From positions 1-64,000 of the IMG/VR virus record IMGVR_UViG_3300043419_002186: a stretch of DNA of 64,000 bases; one strand, given 5' to 3'. The notes beneath the pieces were generated by a model. The model saw nothing but the letters and a program-made list of their open reading frames with translations, searched no databases and was not told the DNA's origin. Source of the stretch: a virus. The position numbers were made by a program, and so were the translations under genes. Position 1 is the first letter of the stretch; each line of letters opens with the position of its first letter. This document shows, one piece after another, positions 54,982 through 63,673 of this stretch.

Positions 54982-57605
54982 CACACGTCTGCCCACGTCT
55001 TTCCTGTCTTGGGCTTGGCGGCGAACTCGACGCCGTCGAGTCCCCACACCGCACGGTTCATGTGCTTCTTGAGCATCTTCTCGACCCACTCGGCTTCGCT
55101 CTCGGGGCACTCCACGTAGAGCGCGTCGTGCACCTGCGAGATGAGGCCCGTGTTCGGTCCCCACTTGCCGAAGGGAATGTCCTGCAGGAGGTCGAAGGTG
55201 CTCTCATGGATGATGTGCGCACCCGCACTTTGAATGGGGTGGTTCACGATTTCATTGAACGCCTCGCCATCGAGGAAGTCGCGCTGACGGCCCCACACGG
55301 GGTCTCGCACGTAGCCCTTCTCTCGGAAGCCCTCGACGGTCTTGTCCCACCACTTCGGAAGCTCGGGGATTCCCTTGAGCCAGTTGCGCTTGAGCGTCGC
55401 GACCTCGCGCAGCGTCAGGTCCGGGTACATCAGGTTCCCGTTCTCGTCCTCTGCCGATGTGACGAGGTTGTGCACCGTCTCGTCGCCTGAGCCGTAGAAC
55501 GAGGCGTACTTGATGCCCTTCGCAATCTTGCGCAGCTTGTCCCACATGTCACTCTTCGGCTGCAGCGCATCGAACTTCGCGCCAAACATCAGCGAAGCCG
55601 TCATCGCGTGCGGGTCCTTCTTCGCAGCGAACGCTTCGAGGTAGATGCGAATCTGCGCGATGGCAGTGATGATGCGAAGCTCAAGCTGGTCAGCGTCCGC
55701 TCCGACGATGACGTTCCCCGGCGCAGGGATGATGAGCTTGCGCAGGTGCTTGGGCCAGTTCTGCGCGTTCGGATTCGAGCTGCTCAGGCGACCTGACGTG
55801 GTGCCATGCGCGTTGTAGTCGGGGCGCACACGGCCATCGAGCGAGATGAGCCCCCGCTGCGCCTCCTCCTGCTCATCCTCGCTCGCGAACTGGAAGCCGT
55901 CGAGAGGAGAGTTGTAGGGGATGAGGCGGCGAACGTAGGTGCCGTATTCCTTCGCCACGCGGCGGTAGCGGCGCAGCGTGTCGAGGAACGCGACGACCTG
56001 CTCCTTGTTCTGAACGGACGGGTCATCCTTCACGCCCGCGCGCATGAGACGAACGCACTCGTCGTTGGTCGAGGGGTCGCCCAGCTTTGTGTAGTCCGCG
56101 GGAGGGAGAGACCACTCCTCGAAGAGCAGGTCCCGAAGCTGAGGGACGCTGTTCATGTTGATTTCGCGTCCGAGAATCGATTCGGCGTGCTTGCGGAAGT
56201 GCGCAATCTTCGTGAGCAGCTCCTTCGCAGCCACATCGCGAGCGGCGCGGTCAACGAGGAGCCCGTTCTCATGGAGGCCAACGCAGACCTCCTGCACCTT
56301 GTGGTCCTTCTTGACGACGCTCTCCTGCTGACGCTCGACCACGGCGCGCGAGAGCTGGGGAACCACGCGAGCGGTGACGACGCAGTCCACCGCGTTGTAG
56401 TGCTGCAGCTCCTTGTCCGTGCTCGCCTCCGTGGCCGTGTGCGCGTCCTTCCAAGCGACCACGTCCGTGTAGATGGAGCCGACGTATCCGAGCTTGTGCG
56501 GCAGCTCAGGCTCGACGCAGCGGTGCAGGAGGATGGTGTCGATGAGCGGCTTCGGGTCCACGCCGAAGTGCTGCTTGATGACCATGCGGTCGAAGTAGCC
56601 CGCGTTGTGGCCAATCTTGAGCTTGTTCGGGTCCGAGAAGAAGTCGCGCAGGATGGAGCGCATCTCCTCCACCTGACCGCTGGTGTACTGCGGAGGAGGA
56701 ATGAGCGCGCCGCCGGGGCCCTCGATGGAGAGGAAGGGGACGACGATGGCGCCGTACTCATGCCCGATGCCCACGGTCTTGAGCTTCGCGACCATCGGGT
56801 CATCGACGGTGGTCTCGACGTCGAACGTGTAGTCGATGTCGGTGCGAGCGACGAAGGCGCGCAGCTCGTCGGGCGTGGGAAGCAGCTTGATTTGTGGCTC
56901 TCGCCAGCCGAGGCCGACGGTGAACCATCGGTAGGCGCGCGAGAGGTCCGAGCGGAAGGCGCGTGACCAGCGACGCGTGCGCATCACGAAGGCAGGATGC
57001 AGCGTCGGGAGCACACGAATGGCGAATCGATTCGGGTCCTCCGTCTCCGAGAGGAAGTCGTTCGCGTCGTTGAGGAAGGCCTCCACGGGACCACCGCGGA
57101 TGTCCATGATGGAGCGCTGCTTGCGCGTCAGGGCCGTGTAGGGGACCTTGCCCAGCGTGATGATGCGCTGCATCCCCATCAGCTCGTTCATCAGGCGGGG
57201 TCGGCAGCACTCGATGGGAGAGGGCAGGAGGGCTTCGCCCTTTTTGGCGAGCTTCTTGTTCGCCCGCTGCCACTTGAGCATGACCTTGTCGAGGTCGTTC
57301 TCGGGAGCGCGGCAAGCGACGGCGTGGTGCAGGTTCATCGACTGACGACGGATGCCGAGCGCCTTGAGAGCGTTCGTGAACTCCATGCCACCAGCGCCGG
57401 TCAGGGGACGCCCCGTCTCGCACTCCTTCTCAGCGGGCGCCTCAGCGATAACGGCAATCTCCGCATCCTCGCGAAGTTCGGGTCCCACGGGACCACCTTC
57501 TCGCGAGGTGCGGAGAGTGCATTGCGCGCAGTTGGCACCGAGCTTCTCGGGGTCGTAGGTCCCCTCGTTGTACATCTGAAACAGCAGCGCTCGCGTGCCG
57601 TTCAT
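54981..57605 (-). CDS. polA: Family A DNA polymerase with N-terminal UDG-like and 3'-5' exonuclease domains
   Basis: FDVET and HNAGYFD exonuclease motifs; TTSGRLSSSNPN, ADADQLELR, RKIAKGIKY, QVHDAL; UDG-like EAP...GRP...HPAF. Confidence 0.95.
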   Translation of the reverse strand: MNGTRALLFQMYNEGTYDPEKLGANCAQCTLRTSREGGPVGPELREDAEIAVIAEAPAEKECETGRPLTGAGGMEFTNALKALGIRRQSMNLHHAVACRAPENDLDKVMLKWQRANKKLAKKGEALLPSPIECCRPRLMNELMGMQRIITLGKVPYTALTRKQRSIMDIRGGPVEAFLNDANDFLSETEDPNRFAIRVLPTLHPAFVMRTRRWSRAFRSDLSRAYRWFTVGLGWREPQIKLLPTPDELRAFVARTDIDYTFDVETTVDDPMVAKLKTVGIGHEYGAIVVPFLSIEGPGGALIPPPQYTSGQVEEMRSILRDFFSDPNKLKIGHNAGYFDRMVIKQHFGVDPKPLIDTILLHRCVEPELPHKLGYVGSIYTDVVAWKDAHTATEASTDKELQHYNAVDCVVTARVVPQLSRAVVERQQESVVKKDHKVQEVCVGLHENGLLVDRAARDVAAKELLTKIAHFRKHAESILGREINMNSVPQLRDLLFEEWSLPPADYTKLGDPSTNDECVRLMRAGVKDDPSVQNKEQVVAFLDTLRRYRRVAKEYGTYVRRLIPYNSPLDGFQFASEDEQEEAQRGLISLDGRVRPDYNAHGTTSGRLSSSNPNAQNWPKHLRKLIIPAPGNVIVGADADQLELRIITAIAQIRIYLEAFAAKKDPHAMTASLMFGAKFDALQPKSDMWDKLRKIAKGIKYASFYGSGDETVHNLVTSAEDENGNLMYPDLTLREVATLKRNWLKGIPELPKWWDKTVEGFREKGYVRDPVWGRQRDFLDGEAFNEIVNHPIQSAGAHIIHESTFDLLQDIPFGKWGPNTGLISQVHDALYVECPESEAEWVEKMLKKHMNRAVWGLDGVEFAAKPKTGKTWADV

Positions 57606-57609
57606 GTTC

Positions 57610-57891
57610 TCACTCCGTGATGAGCTTGAGGGAGGGCTTCTGCGGGAGCTGCGCCGCGGCGTGCTGCTTCTTCGTGAACTCCATGTGCGTCTCGACGGCC
57701 TTCACCATCGCTTCGGCGCTCACGTCGGCGCGAACCGCGAGGATGCAAGCGCGCGAAAGCAGGTAGTCCACGAAGCGTCCCGGGTTCAGCTCCGAGATGG
57801 CGGCAGCGCGCAGCATGGCCTCGAAGGAGGTGTTGATGTTCGCGAGAGCCATCTGCTCCCGCTGTTCCTGCGTCAGGTTCTTGGGGTCCAT
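57610..57891 (-). CDS. Hypothetical protein
   Basis: GGAGG SD; abuts the upstream gene. Confidence 0.65.
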   Translation of the reverse strand: MDPKNLTQEQREQMALANINTSFEAMLRAAAISELNPGRFVDYLLSRACILAVRADVSAEAMVKAVETHMEFTKKQHAAAQLPQKPSLKLITE

Positions 57892-58266
57892 CTAGGCCTC
57901 CAGCGTTTCAATGGTGAAGTGGGTGAAGCCATCGTCCTTCTGCTCAGCGATGCGCGTGTTCGCGACGGTCTCGACGATGGACGTGAACTTGTGGAGCAGG
58001 TGCGAGAAGACCTCGCTGTTCACCTCGTCGCTCATCGCGACGCTCACGGCAGCGAAGAGGCACGCGGTGATGAAGCGCTCGCGGTTCTCGCCGTCCAAGT
58101 CCTCCTTCTGCGCCTTGCGCATGACGGAGTAGATGGCGTCCGCGTACTTGCGGAAGTTCGGGTGCTCGATGATGCCGATGAGCTGCTTCTTCTCGCTCTG
58201 CCGCTGCTCGATGGCAGCTTGGATTTTCGCCCGCAGCTCAGCGGGCATGTCGCTTGGCAAGTTCAT
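57892..58266 (-). CDS. Hypothetical protein
   Basis: GAGGAG SD. Confidence 0.65.
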   Translation of the reverse strand: MNLPSDMPAELRAKIQAAIEQRQSEKKQLIGIIEHPNFRKYADAIYSVMRKAQKEDLDGENRERFITACLFAAVSVAMSDEVNSEVFSHLLHKFTSIVETVANTRIAEQKDDGFTHFTIETLEA

Positions 58267-58294
58267 TGGAGACTCCTCTCGAATCGATTCAGTG

Positions 58295-58435
58295 AAGTGT
58301 CGGCTCGCCCCGCCCTGCTAGACCAAGGCACCATCCGCCGCTGCCGACCAACCGTGTCTCTCACGGCTCCCTGCGATTGCGGGAAGGAGGAGATGCAGCA
58401 TGTCTCCCCGCGCTTGGCTCGCCACTGGCCAATCT
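58295..58435 (-). ncRNA. Short hairpin-array intergenic RNA candidate
   Basis: Five consecutive hairpins; shares the GGC-AG...GGCGA-GCC element with 58756-59095. Confidence 0.4.
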
Positions 58436-58441
58436 TGAGAA

Positions 58442-58741
58442 CTAGAGGGGCTCGTCTCCGCCGTTGGCCTTGAGGGCCTTCGCAGCTTCCTGCTGACGCT
58501 TGCAGATGGGCATGCAGAACTCGACCTGCGCGTTGAAGACGGTCTCGTTCGCCTTCACGGGAGCGATGCCCATCTCACGCAGCGTCTCTCGCGCGTGCTG
58601 CTTGCAAGAGGACGTGCAGTCGTCTTCACGCATCTTCAAGCCGACGATGACAACGGCAATGCCGATGAGCGAAATGAGCAGAAGCCAGTAACGCATCTCG
58701 CTGAGTTCTTTCTCTGCCGCCTTCAGTTCGGAGCCTTCCAT
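58442..58741 (-). CDS. Small membrane protein with CxxxC pairs
   Basis: One TM segment; CTSSC and CMPIC; start uncertain. Confidence 0.6.
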   Translation of the reverse strand: MEGSELKAAEKELSEMRYWLLLISLIGIAVVIVGLKMREDDCTSSCKQHARETLREMGIAPVKANETVFNAQVEFCMPICKRQQEAAKALKANGGDEPL

Positions 58742-58755
58742 CCGCATCCCCTGTT

Positions 58756-59095
58756 GAAAAAGAAGCGACGGCTCGCCCCTACCTACGCTGCCGTCCAATG
58801 CGCCCTTCGGTTTTCGGCCACCAGCGCATTCCCACCAATCGGCCTTGTGCAGATGCCGACCAGCAATGCCCTCCCGCTGCATCGGGGGTACGTGAGGTTT
58901 CCCTCTTCGACCTGTTCGTGCGTCACAGGTCCCGCTTTTCGTCATCAAGCGGCTGTCAGCTTGCCCCCCCTCTCCTGCTGCTGACCTGCCGAGTCTTCAC
59001 CCAGCACCCGTCGTTGCCCTGCGTTACGACGACCGTGGTGGAGGCCTTGTGCGGGGACCTCTCACCCTTGCCCGTGCCGCATCACGGTGAAGGCA
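58756..59095 (-). ncRNA. ~340-nt hairpin-array RNA candidate
   Basis: About 12 consecutive hairpins, many with GCA loops, ending in a U tract. Confidence 0.5.
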
Positions 59096-59614
59096 CTACG
59101 AGAGGAGCGACCGCACGCCGCCGCCCGCGGGCTTCTGCACGCTGACCTGCGGGACCGAGCTGCCGCCGATGGCGGTGTTCGAGACCGCGTTGCCCTGCAG
59201 CGAGGCGAAGGCCTCGGGCGTGATGAAGTACTTCTCGGGCTGCGAGGTCTCGTTGTCGGCGTCCTTCGCCTTGAAGTACACGTAGGCCTTCTTGCCCTTG
59301 AACGTGCTCTCCGCGAAGGAGACCTTGCCCTGCGGGTTGAGGCCGCAGGAGAGGAGCGCGGTCTTCCACGACCGCTGGTTGCCCGCCTTCGAGAGGTCCG
59401 TGCCGATGAAGATGCGGACCTCGGCGCCCTTGAACTCGCCGTCGTTGATGAAGGTCTTGAAGCAGACGCTGTTGATGGCGCCGTCCTTCTCGTAGCCCGC
59501 GGCCTCCGAGATGGTGACCTCGTACGCGCCCGTGGCCGGGGTGACCGAGGCCGCGCCGTTGCGGGCCGCGACGCCGTCGAAGTTCGCCTCGAACTGCCAA
59601 GTGGTGCTGGACAT
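59096..59614 (-). CDS. Putative ssDNA-binding protein (DUF669-like)
   Basis: TPATGAYEVTISEA start; directly downstream of the Sak4-like gene. Confidence 0.6.
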   Translation of the reverse strand: MSSTTWQFEANFDGVAARNGAASVTPATGAYEVTISEAAGYEKDGAINSVCFKTFINDGEFKGAEVRIFIGTDLSKAGNQRSWKTALLSCGLNPQGKVSFAESTFKGKKAYVYFKAKDADNETSQPEKYFITPEAFASLQGNAVSNTAIGGSSVPQVSVQKPAGGGVRSLLS

Positions 59615-59771
59615 AGTGCTCTCCGTGGTGCGGGGGGAATCGCGTCCCGAGCGGGCCCCACAACCTCTTGCCCATGTTCTGCCACGTCTCACCATGAGAG
59701 CGGCCCCGCCATGTGCGAACGGGGGTCTTCAGCGCGTGGGACCGTGAGTGCGCCGAATGGATTCGTGTGAG

Positions 59772-60686
59772 CTACGCCGTGTAGAGCTGGAACATCTGCT
59801 GCTGCCGCATGCGGCGCAGGTAGGCGCGGTCGAGGGCATCGCGCATGACCCAGCGGACGTGCAGGTCGTTGTCGGTCTTCTCGCGAGCAATCTCGATGAC
59901 CTCGTTCATCAAGGCCTTCTCGTTCGTCGGGTCCGCGATGAGCGCCTGAGTGAAGGCCTCAACCAGCTTCTCCTGCCACTCAAGACCAGCGGCGCGGCGA
60001 ATCTCGTAGCCAGCGGCGCGGAGAATCTCGGCCGTGTTCATCGGCGCACGGTCGGGCGTGACACCGTGGCGGTCCTTCGAGACCCAGCTCGGGTCGTCGA
60101 TGGTGCAGCGGTAGATGGCGTGCCAGCCGCGGCGGCTGCTGTCGAAGGTGGCGCGGAGGACGAGGTCACACGCAGTCGGGAGGTCCTCGGGGAGACGGCC
60201 GGGGAGCTTGGGGCCACCGCGGACGAAGACACCGTTGACGGTGCGAGGCGTGCTTTCGTGAGCGGTGAGGACGACGTGCATCCCGACGCGGCGAGCGGTG
60301 TCGCGGAACTCCAGCACGACGTCTCGGAGCGCGCCCCACAGCTTGAAGCCGCTGTGCTTCTTCTCAAGCTGCGCGATGGTGCTCTCAGCGAGAAGTGAGA
60401 AGTCGTCCACGATGACGGCGTCGTACTTCGAGCCGAATCGATTCGCCACGTCCACGACCTTCTTGGTCGCGTCCATGATGGTGCGGGTCTCGCCATCGTC
60501 GCTGTCGGGTGTGAAGCCGACGACGTTCAGCGAGGGCTTGAGCGCGCCGGGGGGCGCGATGAAGTAGCCGTGGGGGAAGGAGTAGAGCAGGTCGGTGGTC
60601 TTGCCGATGCCGCTCGGGCCGTAGTTCGCGACGACGGCCTTCGTGCCGCCGTACAACGTGTTGCTCTTTTCGTTCACTGCTGCCAT
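59772..60686 (-). CDS. Sak4-like (AAA_24) recombination ATPase
   Basis: YGPSGIGKTT, VIVDDFS, VVLTAHE, PKLPG, KDR. Confidence 0.85.
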   Translation of the reverse strand: MAAVNEKSNTLYGGTKAVVANYGPSGIGKTTDLLYSFPHGYFIAPPGALKPSLNVVGFTPDSDDGETRTIMDATKKVVDVANRFGSKYDAVIVDDFSLLAESTIAQLEKKHSGFKLWGALRDVVLEFRDTARRVGMHVVLTAHESTPRTVNGVFVRGGPKLPGRLPEDLPTACDLVLRATFDSSRRGWHAIYRCTIDDPSWVSKDRHGVTPDRAPMNTAEILRAAGYEIRRAAGLEWQEKLVEAFTQALIADPTNEKALMNEVIEIAREKTDNDLHVRWVMRDALDRAYLRRMRQQQMFQLYTA

Positions 60687-60716
60687 CGGGTGGTCACTCC
60701 GTGGTGGTGTGGGGAC

Positions 60717-60745
60717 TATCTAGAACTTCTTCTGTCACTTGTCAA
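60717..60745 (-). promoter_or_regulatory. Sigma70-type promoter candidate
   Basis: TTGACA-17 nt-TAGATA. Confidence 0.55.
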
Positions 60746-60786
60746 GGGCCCCGTCCGACTGCACCGCGAGCGCCTTGTTTTCAGTC

Positions 60787-60814
60787 ACTTTAGTGGTTCC
60801 GCGGGCAGTGTCAA
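60787..60814 (-). promoter_or_regulatory. Sigma70-type promoter candidate
   Basis: TTGACA-16 nt-TAAAGT, with a second TTGACA 7 bp upstream. Confidence 0.55.
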
Positions 60815-60877
60815 GTGTCAAAGTCACTTTTCCGCGGAACCACCACAGGTGGTAGGTCGAGTCCAACGACTCCACTG

Positions 60878-61144
60878 CTAGTCGTCGCTGCGGAGGCCGT
60901 CCAGCTCGTCCTCCAGCTCCTCAATCTCCTTGTGCGCGGAGGCGAGGTCGGCCTCCAGCTTCTCGACGCGGGCGCTCTGCTCCGCAAGCTCAACGAGCCG
61001 CGGCAGCTCCGCGAGCCACTGCGCGACGAGCGAAGCGTTGTAGGGCCAGAAGACGGTGGCGATGGTGCGTCCGTAGCCGTCCGTGATGCGGTTGCCCTTG
61101 GCGGTCCAAGGCCCCGGCGGAAGGTGCGTTTTTGGTGGCAGCAT
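60878..61144 (-). CDS. Small phage protein
   Basis: PGPW motif plus coiled coil; AAGGAG SD. Confidence 0.7.
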   Translation of the reverse strand: MLPPKTHLPPGPWTAKGNRITDGYGRTIATVFWPYNASLVAQWLAELPRLVELAEQSARVEKLEADLASAHKEIEELEDELDGLRSDD

Positions 61145-61173
61145 GTCGTGCTCCTTGCAGCTTTCGCTGCGTC

Positions 61174-61992
61174 CTAGAAACCGCCCCAGCGGCAGGTTTC
61201 AAAGTGTTCACAGGGCCCGTAGGCTGTGATGCAGGTCTGCTCCGAGAGAGCCATCGGCCACTCCTTCGGAGGGATGTCGCTCGCGTCCAGCGCTTCGATT
61301 CGCTGGCGCGCGTGCAACACCGTAAGAGGGAACGTGCGCTGTGCAGAGGGCGCGGGGTCGGGCTCGCTTCGCTGGAACTTGAAGCCGTTCGTGCCAAGCT
61401 CGATGAAGTTCATGCGGACGCCGCCGAACTCGTCTCCCCACACCTGACGGCCGAACATCGCCATGCCAAGGAACTGCCCCGACAGCGTGTAGCGCTCGGG
61501 CGTGTTCCCCGTGAGTCGTCCCGTGGTCTTGTGGTCCCAGATGTAGACCTTGCCATCGGGCCCCCGGACGACGAGGTCGAGACGCTGCGTGAAGGCGAAG
61601 CCTCCAATCGTGCTTCGGAAGACCTCCTCCACGTGGAGCACCTCGGCCTTTTCGTTCATCCAGTGCAGCTTGTACTCGCGCACCGCGGCCTTCGCGAGCG
61701 GCACGTACTGCGCCGCGTACTGGCCGCGCAGCTTCGCCTCGTTCTCAATGCCCTCGTCGGGCGTGGCCCACTCGTTCTCGTCGCGTCCCTGCTGTCTGCT
61801 CTGCATCCTCGCGTAGTGCTGCGCGAGGCCAGCGTGGACGAGAGAGCCCTTGAGAAGCGCGGGACGGTCGGTCTCCTCCTTCTCGATGATGCCACGGTAC
61901 TGGTACGCGAAGAGGCGAGGGCAGCGCATCGCGACCTCGGTCGCGTGCCATCCCCATTCTCCCGATGAACCTGCGTCGATGAACTTTCCCAT
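61174..61992 (-). CDS. Cas4-like PD-(D/E)XK exonuclease
   Basis: CPR...RLDLV...WDHKT...C...CEHFETC (four Fe-S Cys). Confidence 0.9.
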   Translation of the reverse strand: MGKFIDAGSSGEWGWHATEVAMRCPRLFAYQYRGIIEKEETDRPALLKGSLVHAGLAQHYARMQSRQQGRDENEWATPDEGIENEAKLRGQYAAQYVPLAKAAVREYKLHWMNEKAEVLHVEEVFRSTIGGFAFTQRLDLVVRGPDGKVYIWDHKTTGRLTGNTPERYTLSGQFLGMAMFGRQVWGDEFGGVRMNFIELGTNGFKFQRSEPDPAPSAQRTFPLTVLHARQRIEALDASDIPPKEWPMALSEQTCITAYGPCEHFETCRWGGF

Positions 61993-62065
61993 CACAAGTC
62001 TCCATTGAACGCCATGGCGGCGAGAGCTGCTCCCACAACACAGCCGAAGAGGAACATGGCGACCA

Positions 62066-62377
62066 TCATCGAGGCCCCGCGTTCGCGGGCGTGCCGTGGC
62101 AGAGCCAGCAGTCGAGGTTCCTGCACTTGGGCTCTCGCGGGTCACGCGAATCGATTCGAGCTGCCTGTAGCTTCCTGATGGTCTCCTGCAGCGCATCTAG
62201 CTGGTCTTGATGCTTCGCGATGACACGCATCATGGCGAGGTTCTGCCGCAGCAGCGACTCCTCGCGCAAGGCGAGCCTGTCGTGCTCCGCGAGAAGCGCG
62301 GTGGCGTAGTGGGGCAGCAGGAACACGCCGTCGTTCACGGCAGTGCGGATGTCTTCGAGTTCTTCCTTCGTCATCAC
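62066..62377 (-). CDS. Ead/Ea22-like protein
   Basis: MTKEELEDIR...ALLAEHDRL. Confidence 0.6.
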   Translation of the reverse strand: MMTKEELEDIRTAVNDGVFLLPHYATALLAEHDRLALREESLLRQNLAMMRVIAKHQDQLDALQETIRKLQAARIDSRDPREPKCRNLDCWLCHGTPANAGPR

Positions 62378-62964
62378 TTGTCCTCGGGGGTTGGTAGGTG
62401 GCGAACACGCTGGGCGCTCGCTCCATGTACGGGAGACATGATGTAGTCCCCCGCCAAACGCTGTTGGTTCGCTCGCTCTTCAAAGTGTCTCGCAACGACC
62501 TCGCGCATCGCCTCGGCGCCGCGACGGAAGGCGGTGTCGCGCTCGGTGTTGATGACTGCCCAGACAGGCACCTTGTGAGACGTTCGCCAATGACCGTGTG
62601 GCTCGCTTTCAATCGCACACGGCCAATCAGTCCCGGTGCACCATCTTTGAACGTGCATGCCACCCTCGGTCGGCATTACGCGCTCGTCCTCTCGCAGCAT
62701 CACGGCAGTCGTCTTTTCCTTGACCAGCGCGTCTCGCTCAATGTGCAGCCGCTCGACCTCCGCAAGCAGCTCGCACCGACACGGCTCGCCGGGGAACTTC
62801 ATCGCCCAACCACACTTCTCACACAGTTCGCCGGAGACCTGCACGGCCATCGCGAGGTCGTTCTTCAGCCGCTCGACCTCCGCGAGTAGCGGGATGACGT
62901 CGTGTATCGACACGTCATCGAACGACACATGCTCGCGGATGGCGTCGAGCTGTTCCTTCGTCAT
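62374..62964 (-). CDS. Ead/Ea22-like mosaic protein
   Basis: MTKEQLDAIR; LLAEVERL x2; AFRRGAEAMRE. Confidence 0.65.
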   Translation of the reverse strand: MTKEQLDAIREHVSFDDVSIHDVIPLLAEVERLKNDLAMAVQVSGELCEKCGWAMKFPGEPCRCELLAEVERLHIERDALVKEKTTAVMLREDERVMPTEGGMHVQRWCTGTDWPCAIESEPHGHWRTSHKVPVWAVINTERDTAFRRGAEAMREVVARHFEERANQQRLAGDYIMSPVHGASAQRVRHLPTPEDK

Positions 62965-63347
62965 TCCCTCACCAGCTTTCCGGACGCCTTGGCTGCGTCG
63001 TACAGTTTTGCAAACGCCTCGTCGCGACCGGCCTCCGTCGAGCCGTCCACGCCGACGAGGTCCGAGAACCGCTGCGACCAAGCGATCAGGTCGTCGCGTT
63101 CGACACGAAGCCGCTCGACCTCGCCCAGCAGGGCGCGGAGGTCGGTCGGGGCGTTGGCGATGAGGTCCGCGTCGTTCGCGTCGAGCGAGTGCGTCACTTT
63201 CGTTGCCGTAAACTGCGGACAAACCGCGCCCTTCGGCCCATCGACCCAGCCCATATCGGGGCAGCAGGTCGCAGTACCGGCATCCCACGGCCCCGGAGTC
63301 GCCGCGTCGAGCCGTGCGCGGATCGCGGAAAGTTGGTCGGGGGTCAT
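62961..63347 (-). CDS. Ead/Ea22-like protein
   Basis: AATPGPW...DADLIANAPTDLRALLGEVERL. Confidence 0.75.
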   Translation of the reverse strand: MTPDQLSAIRARLDAATPGPWDAGTATCCPDMGWVDGPKGAVCPQFTATKVTHSLDANDADLIANAPTDLRALLGEVERLRVERDDLIAWSQRFSDLVGVDGSTEAGRDEAFAKLYDAAKASGKLVRE

Positions 63348-63673
63348 TGGACACCCCGCGTGAGGCCGCATCCGACGCACTTGACCTCGGTCTGCGGGGG
63401 CATGGACGTGAGGATGTTCCCCGTCGGGAGCACCTGCCGGAGACCGCCGCACCGGGGACAGCCGAGGAAGGTCGCCGGGAAGGTCGTCGTCGTGCCGGTG
63501 CTGACCGGGGACGCCGGGTCCACGCGGGCCTTCTCAAGCTCGGCGACCCGGTCCTTCAAGTCGTTGATGTGCTTGATGACTTCGGCGTTCTGGGCGTCGA
63601 TGTGCTGAGCGACCGCGATGAGTCGTCGCTCAAGGTCTTCAATCTTCGGTGCGAGCACGATGTAGTCGAGCAT
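63344..63673 (-). CDS. Coiled-coil plus Zn-ribbon protein
   Basis: CPRC...LTSMPPQ...CVGC. Confidence 0.65.
   Translation of the reverse strand: MLDYIVLAPKIEDLERRLIAVAQHIDAQNAEVIKHINDLKDRVAELEKARVDPASPVSTGTTTTFPATFLGCPRCGGLRQVLPTGNILTSMPPQTEVKCVGCGLTRGVQ

Larger units (their letters stand above)
647..62157. repeat. Dispersed palindrome GAATCGATTC, at least 43 exact copies
   Basis: Counted by eye; positions listed in findings. Confidence 0.97.

Noticed and set aside
58295-59095. tRNA, tmRNA or group II intron in the structured spacers
   Set aside because: No cloverleaf, T-loop or domain V motif recognisable
61174-61992. Cas4-like gene suggesting a CRISPR system
   Set aside because: No array or other cas genes; it is a standard partner of Sak4 and SSB
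647-62157. GAATCGATTC as a CRISPR repeat, IS end or assembly linker
   Set aside because: Irregular kb-scale spacing, no transposase, and in-gene copies keep reading frames intact
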